Notes: generated from the letters alone by a model not told the origin. Shown: positions 40,026-52,559, counted from the whole stretch's first letter. The stretch: 62,921 nucleotides of DNA, filler included, from Octopus bimaculoides (GCF_001194135.2; 8 parts of 7 records of this genome joined end to end with filler, not necessarily neighbours in it); one strand, 5' to 3'. Made by a program: numbers and translations.

Positions 40026-41630
40026 TATAATACAAATAATATATGAGTATATGCATATATATATGTACATGTATGTACATACCTACATCTACATGTATAT
40101 ATAGATGCATATCTGGGTACATGACGTTGCAAAAAAACATGGACGTTATATATACNNNNNNNNNNNNNNNNNNNNNNNNNNNNNNNNNNNNNNNNNNNNN
40201 NNNNNNNNNNNNNNNNNNNNNNNNNNNNNNNNNNNNNNNNNNNNNNNNNNNNNNNNNNNNNNNNNNNNNNNNNNNNNNNNNNNNNNNNNNNNNNNNNNNN
40301 NNNNNNNNNNNNNNNNNNNNNNNNNNNNNNNNNNNNNNNNNNNNNNNNNNNNNNNNNNNNNNNNNNNNNNNNNNNNNNNNNNNNNNNNNNNNNNNNNNNN
40401 NNNNNNNNNNNNNNNNNNNNNNNNNNNNNNNNNNNNNNNNNNNNNNNNNNNNNNNNNNNNNNNNNNNNNNNNNNNNNNNNNNNNNNNNNNNNNNNNNNNN
40501 NNNNNNNNNNNNNNNNNNNNNNNNNNNNNNNNNNNNNNNNNNNNNNNNNNNNNNNNNNNNNNNNNNNNNNNNNNNNNNNNNNNNNNNNNNNNNNNNNNNN
40601 NNNNNNNNNNNNNNNNNNNNNNNNNNNNNNNNNNNNNNNNNNNNNNNNNNNNNNNNNNNNNNNNNNNNNNNNNNNNNNNNNNNNNNNNNNNNNNNNNNNN
40701 NNNNNNNNNNNNNNNNNNNNNNNNNNNNNNNNNNNNNNNNNNNNNNNNNNNNNNNNNNNNNNNNNNNNNNNNNNNNNNNNNNNNNNNNNNNNNNNNNNNN
40801 NNNNNNNNNNNNNNNNNNNNNNNNNNNNNNNNNNNNNNNNNNNNNNNNNNNNNNNNNNNNNNNNNNNNNNNNNNNNNNNNNNNNNNNNNNNNNNNNNNNN
40901 NNNNNNNNNNNNNNNNNNNNNNNNNNNNNNNNNNNNNNNNNNNNNNNNNNNNNNNNNNNNNNNNNNNNNNNNNNNNNNNNNNNNNNNNNNNNNNNNNNNN
41001 NNNNNNNNNNNNNNNNNNNNNNNNNNNNNNNNNNNNNNNNNNNNNNNNNNNNNNNNNNNNNNNNNNNNNNNNNNNNNNNNNNNNNNNNNNNNNNNNTATA
41101 TTATATTATATTATATTATATTATATTATATGATCGAACGCCACGCTTTCATTTCCAAGTAAGTTTTATCTGAATAATTCCGATGCGCTCTCTACAAACT
41201 ATCTCTATTCTATCTCCCTTTCTTATTCTTCTTCCTTTCTGTTTTTCCCTCCCACCCTTTCTCTAATTCTTCTTCTCTCCCCTTCACCGTTCCCTCTCTC
41301 TATCTTTCTCTCTCTCTATCTCTCTCTCTCTTTCTCTCTCTCTCTCACTCTTCCTCTTTGACGCTCTGGTTGCTCACACGTGACCAACGGCTATCTATCT
41401 TTCTTTCTTCCACTTCCTTCCTAAAGACAAGACATGCTTTTACCTGTCTCTTCTCAAAGCTCGTTTTTCCAGCGTTCACCACTTCACCTCGTTATGGCTT
41501 AACAGCCCTCACCGTTTGTTTTCACTGTTTTGTTCTTACTGTCCTGTTTTTGTTACCACTTTCACCCTCCGCAAAAAAATCCCAAATTTTATTTAATTTG
41601 CTTTGCGGGAAGGACTGTTTTAACGAAGTC

Positions 41631-41692
41631 GTGTCTTGTCCCTACCTTCGAAACGCAGAGTAGATAAAACAGGGGACAACTGATGAAGGGAA
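41631..41692 (+). ncRNA. Hammerhead-like motif with core elements in non-canonical order
   Basis: GTC 41633-41635 and CTGATGA 41680-41686 directly flank a perfect 7-bp stem (ttgtccc/gggacaa); GAAAC at 41650-41654 lies inside that loop; stem II is weak. Confidence 0.4.
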
Positions 41693-41989
41693 TGTTCTTT
41701 ATGTTACTTGTCTCGTTTCTCTATTTGTTTCTTTCGTTGCTCGAAAAANNNNNNNNNNNNNNNNNNNNNNNNNNNNNNNNNNNNNNNNNNNNTTAATTAA
41801 TTAANNNNNNNNNNNNNNNNNNNNNNNNNNNNNNNNNNNNNNNNNNNNATATATATATATACTACTTATAAATTGTAGAAGTAACATAGTGACGCAAGGG
41901 TCGAGAGTTTCTTGTGTTAACGCTTATCAATCTATATGTGTGTGAGTAAGTGCGTGTGAGTAAGTGCGTGTGAGTAAGCGTGTGTGTGT

Positions 41990-42210
41990 GTATGTGTGTG
42001 TGTTTATATCCCACCACCGCTTGACAACTGGTTTTAGGGTGTTTACGTTCGCGTAACTTATTGATTCGGTGAAGGAGACTAATAGAATAAGTACCAGGCT
42101 TTAAAAAATAAGTACTGGTGTCGATTCGTTCGACTGATATTCTTGAAGACGATGCCCTAGCATGGCCGCAGTCGAATGACTGAAACAAGTAAAAGATAAA
42201 AGATGTATGT
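41990..42210 (+). mobile_element. SINE 3' half
   Basis: Same tail family as 1-160. Confidence 0.8.
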
Positions 42211-42297
42211 GAATATATCATCTGTAAACATAAATCCGAAAAAATAAGCACTCTCTAGGTATAGAGTAGTATATATTAAAGTTAGATAAGGCTGGTT

Positions 42298-42365
42298 TAT
42301 AGATTTACCTCAGGTTTCACGTCCATAAAGAGCTTGGCATTTTGGCGTGTCATGAGACCCGAAAA
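42298..42365 (-). ncRNA. Hammerhead motif in left arm (core G5-to-C change)
   Basis: Minus strand CTCATGA...ctttatggacgt GAAA CCTGAGG TA aatct. Confidence 0.6.
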
Positions 42366-42834
42366 CCTGTTGGCCAAAGGCTTCTCTAGAATATGGAGGA
42401 GAAAATGAGTTCGTTACTCAATGTCAACAAAGAGAACTGTCTCCTCTTGACTATCGATCGCCGACGATGTCAATAAAGGGGTTGTGTCCCTTTGGCTATT
42501 GATCGCCGGTGGCCCTGCTATCTCGTGGGCTAGCAGGAACTTCCTGAAATGCAAGCACGTTCCTTAAAGGCAAGAACTCCGTTCTGGAGTTCAGGATGTT
42601 CCCTGGGTCGAGGGAGTCCTTTAGGGTCCACGCCCGTTCCGCTATGCATAATTTACAGCGGTTGGTCCCGTTAATGTAGGGGTCTGGATTCTCTAGGATT
42701 CTCCATGATATTGTGTATGGAATCCCGTTGTCTATAACGGGATTCCCTTTGTTGACATTGAGTAATGAGCTCATTTCCTCCTCCATATTCTAGAGAGGTC
42801 ACACACCACACTAAAGAGTCTGTTAACCGACAGG

Positions 42835-42902
42835 TTTTGGCATCTGATGATACGCCATAAAGTCAGACCCTTTATGGACGAGAAACCTAAGGTATTCCCA
42901 TA
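42835..42902 (+). ncRNA. Hammerhead motif in right arm (intact core, weakened stem I)
   Basis: CTGATGA 42844-42850; stem II ccataaag/ctttatgg; GAAA 42882-42885; stem III ACC-TAA-GGT; GTA 42892-42894. Confidence 0.7.
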
Positions 42903-43039
42903 TACCGGCCTTATCTAACTTTTAATATATATATATATATATATTAGTGAGTGAGCGAGTCTTGAATGGGTGAATGGGAAAGTGAGTATGTATAAAGGAA
43001 AGTGATTTACTAGTAAGCGCACCCGTGAAGTACTGCGCT

Positions 43040-43430
43040 CGTTGCTGCTGCCTGGTATCTTGTACAAGTTTCATTACATTGTGCCTGGAGAGGCAAAAAC
43101 CTATGTAAGAGTCCGTAGGAGACATTTAAAGATCACACTTGTCAAATATTTGTCACACATAGTGTCGCTGATTCTACCTAAGAATCTTAATAAGAGTGTA
43201 CGGAACTTCTCAGTCACTTATACGTTAATTTAAGGAGCGGGTTATTCAGTTGGACGAATAATGGAATCCTCATTCTCTGAAACGAAGATCGATTCTTATT
43301 AATCTCAAAGGCTTCTTCGTCTTTGTTGTCGAAGCAGCGTACACATGTGTCTGGCCTATTCGTGTCGGTTAATTTAAACCTCTTAAGATTGGCCGTGATT
43401 AATCACTAAACTTTTTGAAGTTTAGTTCTG
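43040..43430 (+). mobile_element. Possible very old L1/Tx1-like LINE C-terminal relic
   Basis: Weak by-eye similarity (AAWYLV..., VVEAAYTCVWPIRV...NFLKF) with many stops. Confidence 0.25.
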
Positions 43431-44099
43431 AATCTATTCATCTATTATTCACTATGCATAAATATATTTCAATACGTTTCTCTTACGCTCCATAGGGATT
43501 AGATCGCTGCTGTTTGATACTTGAAACACAGCTATTTTATACACAACGAAACATTTCGTGGTGTTACTTTATATTCACGTAATTCATTCCTCAAATGTAT
43601 AAAGAACCTGCGACTCTTTCGAGAGGAGTAGAAGTAGTACAACATACATTTTGTTATGGGCGTTGTCACTTCTCCTCTACTTAAGACGTTTGTAGGTGTT
43701 TTAACGCTCCTGAAGAGTGATTTACGTTACTACATACTATGCATCACAAAACGATTCGTCATGCATTCTGGCGATTGTGTTATATAATACTACAATAAAC
43801 TCAATCAAACTGGTGTTGGGTTCCCGTCTCTTATAAATGAGTCACATATATATGCTTTGTGTGTTTGTGTGAGGGGGCGTGTGTGTATGTTGGTGTGGGG
43901 GATGCGTGTGTGTGTGTGTGTGCGTGTGTGTGTGCGTGTGCGTGTGTGTGTGTGTAGTAATGTAGTAACGATTTGCTGTGTATTTCACTGTAGTTTTTCT
44001 CTTCAGTCACTCTCTCGGGGTGACTGAAAAGAAAAACTATTGTACAGCTAGTAAATTATTTAGTTCTAAACGGCGTAGTTCTAAATCATACACTTTTGT

Positions 44100-44530
44100 A
44101 CTTCTGGTAAAAGACTAGACTTCTAGTATGCTGATGACAATAACATTGTTACACTCAATGAAAATGTTCTTCAAACTTTTATTGATAAAATTTCATTAAG
44201 GTGGATCCGATTATGAGTTACAATAATTGTTACTGAAACTTTTCGTCTTCATCAGCTCTGCCTTGGTAAGCTTCTTGTGGATTTTAAAATAATCATATAC
44301 GGTAAAACTTTGAGAATCGTATCTTCTTTCAAATATCTTGTAGCATGCAAAACAGAGATGCAAATCTTGATGACGAAATTTCATATAGAATTGAGAAGTT
44401 CTTTTTTGAAATCACAATTTTTACTCTGGACTCCAAAATACTAATAAAAATGATACTAAAATACTTATTTTCAAAACAAACATTTTGTCTGTTTTGTTGT
44501 ATGGCTGTGAAACATGGACTCTTGTCCCTT
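44100..44530 (+). mobile_element. Old RTE (BovB-like) RT C-terminal relic
   Basis: YADD 44127-44138, SFKYL, NRDANLDDEISYRIEK, NILSVLLYGCETWTL. Confidence 0.8.
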
Positions 44531-45829
44531 AAGTGCGTTAACAAGGAATTTATAATAAACACAATTTATAGAAGAGGTATAACATTTACAGAAAAGAGAA
44601 AATAAGAGTGTGTGATGCTGATACTGTTTTGAGGAAGTGAGAACGTAAAAGCGCATAAAACTATTATATGAAGGGAAATGACTTGAAATGTGAGTCGAAA
44701 CTAGATTGTAAAATTTCTTTTCTGTCTTATGGCACCCGTTTTTCAAACATTAATAATTTCATATACAATAATTTCAAAACAAGGGTACACGAACTTATTG
44801 ACTAAATCGGTGACGCTCATGGTTAATTTGCTTGTGTATGTGCGTACATGTATGCGTTTTCCTTCCGTGATAATTAGCCCTAGAAGTGAATTAAAAATAG
44901 ATTCAGTCAAGAATCGAAACAGGTGTTTAGACACTTCTCCACATAGCTCAAAAGTGCGACTTTTAGGTCAACAAGACAAGGCTTCTAGAATTTAAAACAA
45001 AATTGGAAAATATAATCAATTGAACAAAGAGAAAGGTCAACATTCTTAGGATATTTCAATGGAAATATCTCTTTTGAACTTTTGACATCGCCTCCAGTTG
45101 TGTAATAAAACACAAATTCCTTTTTTCTATTCATATGATGGGGAATTGACTTGTCGAAAGGAATTTCACATCCGTTAATTGATTGTTTTATGAACCCGAG
45201 CCGAAAATATTTCGGGCCGGCATTTATATATAAATATATATATACATAATGACACACATATATATATACATAATGATACATACATACACACATACGTACG
45301 TATATATGTGTATATGTGGGATGTGGATGTGTATATGTATATATNNNNNNNNNNNNNNNNNNNNNNNNNNNNNNNNNNNNNNNNNNNNNNNNNNNNNNNN
45401 NNNNNNNNNNNNNNNNNNNNNNNNNNNNNNNNNNNNNNNNNNNNNNNNNNNNNNNNNNNNNNNNNNNNNNNNNNNNNNNNNNNNNNNNNNNNNNNNNNNN
45501 NNNNNNNNNNNNNNNNNNNNNNNNNNNNNNNNNNNNNNNNNNNNNNNNNNNNNNNNNNNNNNNNAAAATTGAGATCAAATTTAGGTGTGTGGTTATTACA
45601 TGATAGTTGACTGTAAAGTTTTCGGCACCCAATTTTTATTTCTTTTTAAAAAAGCACACAAATACTAATGTACTGAAGCATTTTCTTTATTTTTTAAGAT
45701 TATTTTTCCATTATATATTAATTTATCATATATAAAATAAAATATTTGAAAGTAATATATTGAAAGATAATATATTCTTTACTTTAAGTAGTTGTGTGTG
45801 CGTGTGTGTGTGTGTGAGGACAAGGGCTG

Positions 45830-46146
45830 AAATTCTGGGAGTTTAATCGATTACTTCGATCTCAGTGCTCAACTGGTACGTATTTTATCGACCCCGAAGA
45901 ATGAAAGGCCAAAGTCGACCTCGGCGGAATTTGAACTCAGACTGAAGAAATGCCGTATGTTATATATTGGTTTCAAATTTTGGCAGAATAAGGAGGGATT
46001 ACTTTGATTACATCGACCCCCAGTGCTCAACAGGATGGAATACAAAGTTGACCTCGACGGAATTTGAACTCAGAACGTATTGAACGAATGAAATGCCACT
46101 AAGCATTTTTTTCGGCGTGCTAACGGTTTTGCCCGCTCTCCGCCTA
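45830..46146 (-). mobile_element. Two adjacent partial SINEs of the second family
   Basis: Both are reverse complements of 37905-38090. Confidence 0.8.
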
Positions 46147-46394
46147 ACTGTATATTATATATTATAGGGATTTTAAAGATAATTTAGACCCAAAATCGAG
46201 ATGTGCATTATGAAAATTATTTTGCAGCGTTCACTAATTCTTCATTATACATTGGTAAATTAAGAAACATATCTACATACTTGCATACGTACGTTAATTC
46301 ATACATACGTACGTATTTACGTAGATCAATCTTCCCTCAGTTTAATGAGGATAATTTCAGTTGTTTGATTAATGAACTGACTACTCATTGTGTT

Positions 46395-46764
46395 GTGGAG
46401 GCACAATGGCCCAGTGGTTAGGGCAGCGGACTCGTGGTCATAGGGTCAAGGTTTCGATTCCCAGACCGGGCGTTGTGAGTGTTTATTGAGCGAAAACACC
46501 TAAAGCTCCACGAGGCTCCGGCAGGGGATGGTGGCGAACCCTGCTGTACTCTTTCTCTCACTCTTACTTCCTCTTTCTGTTGCGCCAGTAATTCAAAGGG
46601 TCAGCCTTGTCACACTGTGTCACGCTGAATATCCCCGAGAACTACGTTATGGGTACACGTGTTTGTGGAGTACTCAGCCACTTGCACGTTAATTTCACGA
46701 GCAGGCTGTTCCGTTGATCGGATCAACTGGAACCCTCGACATCGTAAGCGACGGAGTGCCAACA
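46395..46764 (+). mobile_element. Full-length young SINE (third family) with target-site duplication
   Basis: 12-bp TSD actcattgtgtt at 46383-46394 and 46765-46776; A and B boxes; (CAA) tail. Confidence 0.92.
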
Positions 46765-47086
46765 ACTCATTGTGTTAGCATGTAAGCAACTGAGTATTCT
46801 ATAGATATGCATATCCATTAGATAAATCTAAAAGCGTAATCAGCAGACGTAATTAGCGGGTAAATCCAAAGAAACAGCGTATGACAAGTGTAGCACCTTG
46901 AATATAAAATAGAGTCCATTTGACGGACTTGTACACCCTTTTTGCTTAATCAATTTTACTCGTAGTATTTGGTTCGTCCAGTGACTAAAGTATAAGTCAA
47001 TGGATCGAAATCGAGATCTCCTGATTGCGAAGCGAACTTCTTAGCCATTCGGCTATGTTTGTGTACACATACATACATACATACAT

Positions 47087-47472
47087 GTTGTTGTTGGCAC
47101 TCCGTCGGTTACGACGTCGAGGGTTCCAGTTGATCCGATCAACAGAACAGCCTGCTCGTGAAATTAACGTGCAAATGGCTGAGCACTCCACAGACACGTG
47201 TACTCTTAAAGTAGTTCTCGGGGATATTCAGCGTGACACAGTGTGACAAAGCTGGCCCTTTGAAATACAGGTACAACAGAATGAGGAAATAAGAGTGAGA
47301 GAAAGCTGTGGTAGAAGAGTACAGTAGGGTTCGCCACCATCCCCTGCCGGAGCCTCGTGGAGCTTTAGGTGTTTTCGCTCAATAAACACTCACAACGCCC
47401 GGTCTGGGAATCGAAACTGCGATCCTATGACCGCGAGTCCGCTGCCCTAACAACTGGGCCATTGCACCTCCA
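47087..47472 (-). mobile_element. Full-length SINE (third family) inserted in a (CATA)n tract
   Basis: Reverse complement aligns end to end with 46395-46764. Confidence 0.92.
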
Positions 47473-47474
47473 TT

Positions 47475-47506
<32 letters not shown>

Positions 47507-47647
47507 CATACATACATACACACATCAACTGCGCATATGCCATACTCGATTTAACTGATTGCTATTAGAACGTAAAAGATACACTTACATGGAAATCAGC
47601 TGTTCTATATATGTAAATATTTGGTCAATAATCAGTTCAATCTAGTA

Positions 47648-47745
47648 CAATGGTTTCCAACATTTTCCCAGTGGTTCTCGAAAGTGGTTCCCAACCCTTT
47701 TACTTCAATGAGTTTTCCCACGGACCCCTTTTAATATGCTTATCC

Positions 47746-47794
<49 letters not shown>

Positions 47795-47875
47795 AAGTTT
47801 TTAATTTAGTTCACACACCCCAGTACTAACTTTGCAGACCACCAGGGTTCGCAGACCCCAGATTGGCAACCACTG
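47648..47875. mobile_element. hAT (Charlie-type) MITE
   Basis: Perfect 8-bp TSD atctagta 47640-47647 / 47876-47883; TIRs caatggtttcca / tggcaaccactg; related to 28924-29070. Confidence 0.88.
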
Positions 47876-48342
47876 ATCTAGTACAATAGCCACAGAAACC
47901 AGAACATTGTTATATTGTTTATGTTATTAATGCTATTCTGTCCATTGTTAACCCTGATTAAGCACACATATGATTAAGCGTATTCGCTATTAATCCTCCT
48001 CTGTTGTATTCAAATATAGTATATCTAAGACTATATTATCAAATACTGCTTCTTTTTTAATGCTACAAGATGTGGTTTAAGGCAAATCTGGCTGCTATTT
48101 CTACCAGGGAGCTCTACTACATAGCTGATAACTTACTCCATCACCCATTTTAATATTCCACCAGACCCTAAGGGCTTTTACCTGAGTTCACTCTATTGTA
48201 AACATCCGAGTCAGCTCTCCAATTTAAAGATAATTTCTTCCCTCCTTTCAACTAATTTCAGATCAGTAATGGATCATGAGCCGGCCTTCATCCTGACTAA
48301 AAGATAAAAAACATTATCGCTGACTAATTGTGCTAACAGAGA

Positions 48343-48590
48343 CTGGAATGGTTGTGTGGTTAGGAAGCACGACTGGCAATCACGTGGTTTCGCGTTCAGT
48401 ACCACTGCTCAGTACCCATGAGCAAGTTTTTTTCTGCTATAGTTCCGGGACTACCAATGTCTTTTGAGTGAACTTAGTTGACGGAAACTATGTGGAAGCC
48501 TGTCATATATATGTATGTGTGTGCGTGCGTGCGTTTGTATGCTTGTCCACACACACTCACTCACACACCGCTTGATAACCGGTGAAAGTT
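48343..48590 (+). mobile_element. Degraded SINE head and linker
   Basis: Similar to the 35520-35670 family. Confidence 0.6.
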
Positions 48591-51513
48591 ACAACTACCA
48601 TTCTAATACAGTTTGTTATTTGTCGTATATATATATATATATATATAGTGATCGCATCGTCCTTTTTTCTGTCTGTCCATATATTGTTCAAGTAATCTAG
48701 TAACTGATGTTATTCAACGACGGTAGACGAAGTCAATAGTTTCCGAAACATTTAGATGTCTAGCGAGGTAATTTGGGGTAACTTTGAGGCCCATTGTTTC
48801 TGTTTGTTTAAGACAGACATAAACTCATAACATGAACTACATGTTGAATCATAATTTACTCTCAGTAATCAAATATCTAATATTAGCTAAAATGGCACTA
48901 CCTGGGATCATGTGCATATATTACACGCGCGTGTGCACATACACACACACACACACACAAATACGTATACATACTTATATACATGTATACATACACGTAA
49001 ACATATTTGTGTGTGTGTATGGATGCATGTGTGTGACTATGTATGTATACACAGTAACGATAATGCGATGCTAGCATGTAGAATGTTGGTTTCATACATA
49101 AGAGAACAAATATAGTCAGTTGAATTGATCCAAGAATTGTCAGATATTTATTTTATCTACATCACATGGATGAGAAATAAAGTCGAGAAGAGTAGGAATA
49201 AAGTTCAGTGCTAAAGGAACGTGACTAAATACCACAAAGCAAACGTCATATGTATGTGGTAACATCAAAGAAATTCAAAGGCGAAATTGATGTATGTCGT
49301 AGAATGTTAAGTCGAAACGTTCATTCGTTTACCAGAGTCTAAGTGAAATTAAATGGACTCCAAATGAAATTGAAACTGGAGTAGATATTTGGCTCGATAA
49401 GCATATCTCATATATAGCACACTTGTCACTTTTTACTAAGACACTATGAATAAATATATTTGCAGAGGTAGGAAATGTTTCAGTGTCATTTATGCCTCTC
49501 TTGTTAACCCCAGCTCAAACATAGTAAGACTCAACTAAATACTACAAAGCTTTTTTCAGCACCTTATTAAGTGTGTGAATGGATGCATGTGTGTGACTAT
49601 GCATGTATACACAGTAACGCTGTTAAGCTTCAATCGACGGTCTCTAGTATGAATAAAATTATTAAGGTATGCAGAAGGAATAATGGCGAAGCAATAAATA
49701 TCATTCTAAGATGAATAATACCGTTTCAGAAATGATATACAGATACATTTGAGGGAACTTCATTCTAAGACCACTCCTCGCTGATGAATTGTAAGCTTCA
49801 GATTATTCACTACATCAATTCTACCAATTCATCCTAGGAAGGAAGTGAATCAGTGAGTTTTTATGTCGTCGTTGGATCTGCTGGAAGTAGTAGTGGAATC
49901 TCTCTTAAACTGGACTCTAATGCTTTTAAAATGATATAAAACATTGGATAATGTAATTTAGTATAAACAATCAATCGGTATGTACGCGATAAACAAGATC
50001 ATAGATCTGCACCTTCAGGGCCATCCTAAGATAAACAACCACAGCTCATCCTAGATTGACATACCAGAATGTTTTCCACCAAATGTTATCAAAATGTTTC
50101 CTTTTCTAGACATACTATATCGGAAGCTATGAAAATTATACACAAATAAACATTTTGAAATTGTAGGAAGTGAAGGTTTTAATGATAAAATATTAACATT
50201 TCTTAAATTCATATAGTACTATCATAAATACAGTTATAATGTTTCTTTGTTTTTTTATGTTTATTTTTTGTTGTATCTTTTTTGCTTATAATTATTTCCA
50301 ATGTAAGAACACGTCAGTTTATATATTATTATTGGCTACAACCAGCGAATAACTGCAATTCTGCGTGGTACCTATTTGCAGCTATTTACGCAGAGTCATA
50401 ACTCAAGTAAATTTAGCGAGTATTACAGCTCGTAGGGAGTAAAGAGGTTAATAGTTTGTAAACTCATCCATTTGTTTCTCTTTTTAGTTGTATGCATTGA
50501 ATTTCATATTCAACATGAACTTAGGAGCGTCGCTTCAATATTTCGAATTATTGAACGTATTTTAGCTAAGCCAACTTGGTAAAGCTCTTTATTTCTACTC
50601 TGTTATATTTAAACACTGCGTTCTACGACCACTATCTGAGCTAAGTTAAATGAATGTCTTATGGATAACTGAAGCACGAAACACTTGTTAATTATACGGT
50701 GTTGCCCACCACTGCCTTCAGCAATGATATGAATCCATTCAGGGTGAAGCTTTCCCCTGCATTTTGTTTGTTTAATTTTTATTAGAATATTACTTAATCA
50801 GAGGAGGAAGGACAGCGCCCTCTGAACTTTATCTGGGCCTCTAAAACTGGCGGGAGAAAAAAGATGAGGTTATCCTCAAACCGGAGATCTGTCCCGATTG
50901 CTTGCAACAGATTCGATTCCGTTAAAGGTATCCAAGGGTCAAGAGCGGGGCAACAGATTAAGTCTATCATCCGGAACGGTCCTTCTGACGAGCTTCCATT
51001 CATTTACCAAATTTCACTCACTTGGTCATGGTCGATTCGAGAAGACACTTAGCCATAATACAATGCAGTGGGATTGAACTCGAAAACTTGCAGCCCTTCG
51101 TACTTACGCTTTACGGTTCTTTGGACTGTGTCAGCAACAGTTAGGTTAAATCCCTTATTAATAGAACGCATTACTGTACTAAAAACAAGATTCGAAATAT
51201 TGATATTTAGATCGGTAAGTCAAAACCTAATGAAAACATTTAGCTACCACGGCGATGGTGTTTGTATCAAGCCAACCATAAATTATTTATGTATGTAGTT
51301 CTTCATTAAAGTAATACTAATACAGTGGGGCATTTGCCATGCAATATGAAGACTTTTAACTTACGTAATGGTTCTGCCAAGAGGAACGTGTAGTTATCGA
51401 TTTTCTCTTCCAGCTTGTTAAATTGATCCTTTAGCATTGGGGAGACATAATCTGCAAAAATAAATTCAAAGATTTGCTTCTGAAAATGGATAGATGGGTA
51501 GAGAGAGAGAGAG

Positions 51514-51549
<36 letters not shown>

Positions 51550-52559
51550 AGAGAGAGAGAAGAGGGAGGGAAAGGGGAGAGACACAGACAGTGAGAGACA
51601 GACAGGCAAATAGACAGACAGTCTTATACCTATAACATGACTGAAAATTTATCCGCACATACACACATACATAAGTGCATGTATCTATCACATCACATAT
51701 ACATAATCCCAACAGCTTGATTTAAACAAAAGATATTTGCTAATTTGTTAGCGACTGGTTTGAATTTTACATGCAATGTATATATTAATATATTATTTTG
51801 AACTTAAATATGTGAATACATACGTATAAGAAAGGGAAAAGGTGAAAAAACATTCACCGCGCAAGACTGACTTGTTACAGAGCGTGAGGGCCCGAAAAGG
51901 AATACCGTTCGGCATTTTGTTCGATGTTCCAACGATCCTGTAAATCCATCAACTAGAGCTCAAATTAATGCAGAAGTTTACTTTTCTGCAACAAAAACTA
52001 TTTTATCTAAATAAAAAATACAGTCTCTGTGAACAAGGATCAACTTGCTAGTTAGTGCATGTATGGGGCCCGTGTGGCTTCAACTCATTTTCGACGACGA
52101 AAATGAAAATGTTAAAAAAAACTTCTAACGTTTGAATTAATAGTCTAATTTTAAAATACTTGGTGTCATTAACTTTCAAATAAAGAGGTGTAATCACACT
52201 TATGTCCATAATATACTGCGTTTAAAGTGTAAATATAAAACCATTTAAATGGGAACCCTCTATTTATATATATTATTTTTGCCAGTCTGGTGACTGTTAC
52301 GATTTAGTCGAGACACTTAAATATACCATAAAAATGCACAAGTACATCAACTTATAAGGATTGATTATACTAACTGTGCTGACGGTTGATCTCTTTTCTT
52401 CTCACATTGTGATAACTGAAATAAAAGTGCGTGTTATTCCAGATGAAAACCGATTTAAAACTTGTCCACTTGAGAACGCAGTTCAAATAGGGAGAGAAGT
52501 ATCATACAAAAATATCATAAACCTCACTAATCAAGTCAGAGAATTTGATAGACCACCCC

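Larger units (their letters stand above)
42271..42930 (-). mobile_element. 5'-truncated Penelope-like element flanked by inverted pseudo-LTR arms
   Basis: DNGIPYTISWRILENPDPYINGTNRCKLCIAE...GNILNSRTEF (GIY-YIG C-terminus); arms 42271-42436 and 42743-42930 are reverse complements. Confidence 0.88.

Noticed and set aside
40030-41748. 40030-40150 and 41130-41748 as inverted parts of one element around the gap
   Set aside because: Rests on my recollection of a family consensus; the two pieces do not overlap in this window
44235-44260. Minus-strand CTGATGAagacGAAA as a hammerhead
   Set aside because: No stem II or stem I; lies within an RT relic
27232-47472. SINE heads as functional tRNA genes
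   Set aside because: They continue into shared SINE bodies and tails, one with a TSD
49775-49830. CTGATGA followed by a weak hairpin (also CTGACGA at about 27915 and 50986)
   Set aside because: No correctly placed GAAA or stem III; the 50986 case is part of a SINE head
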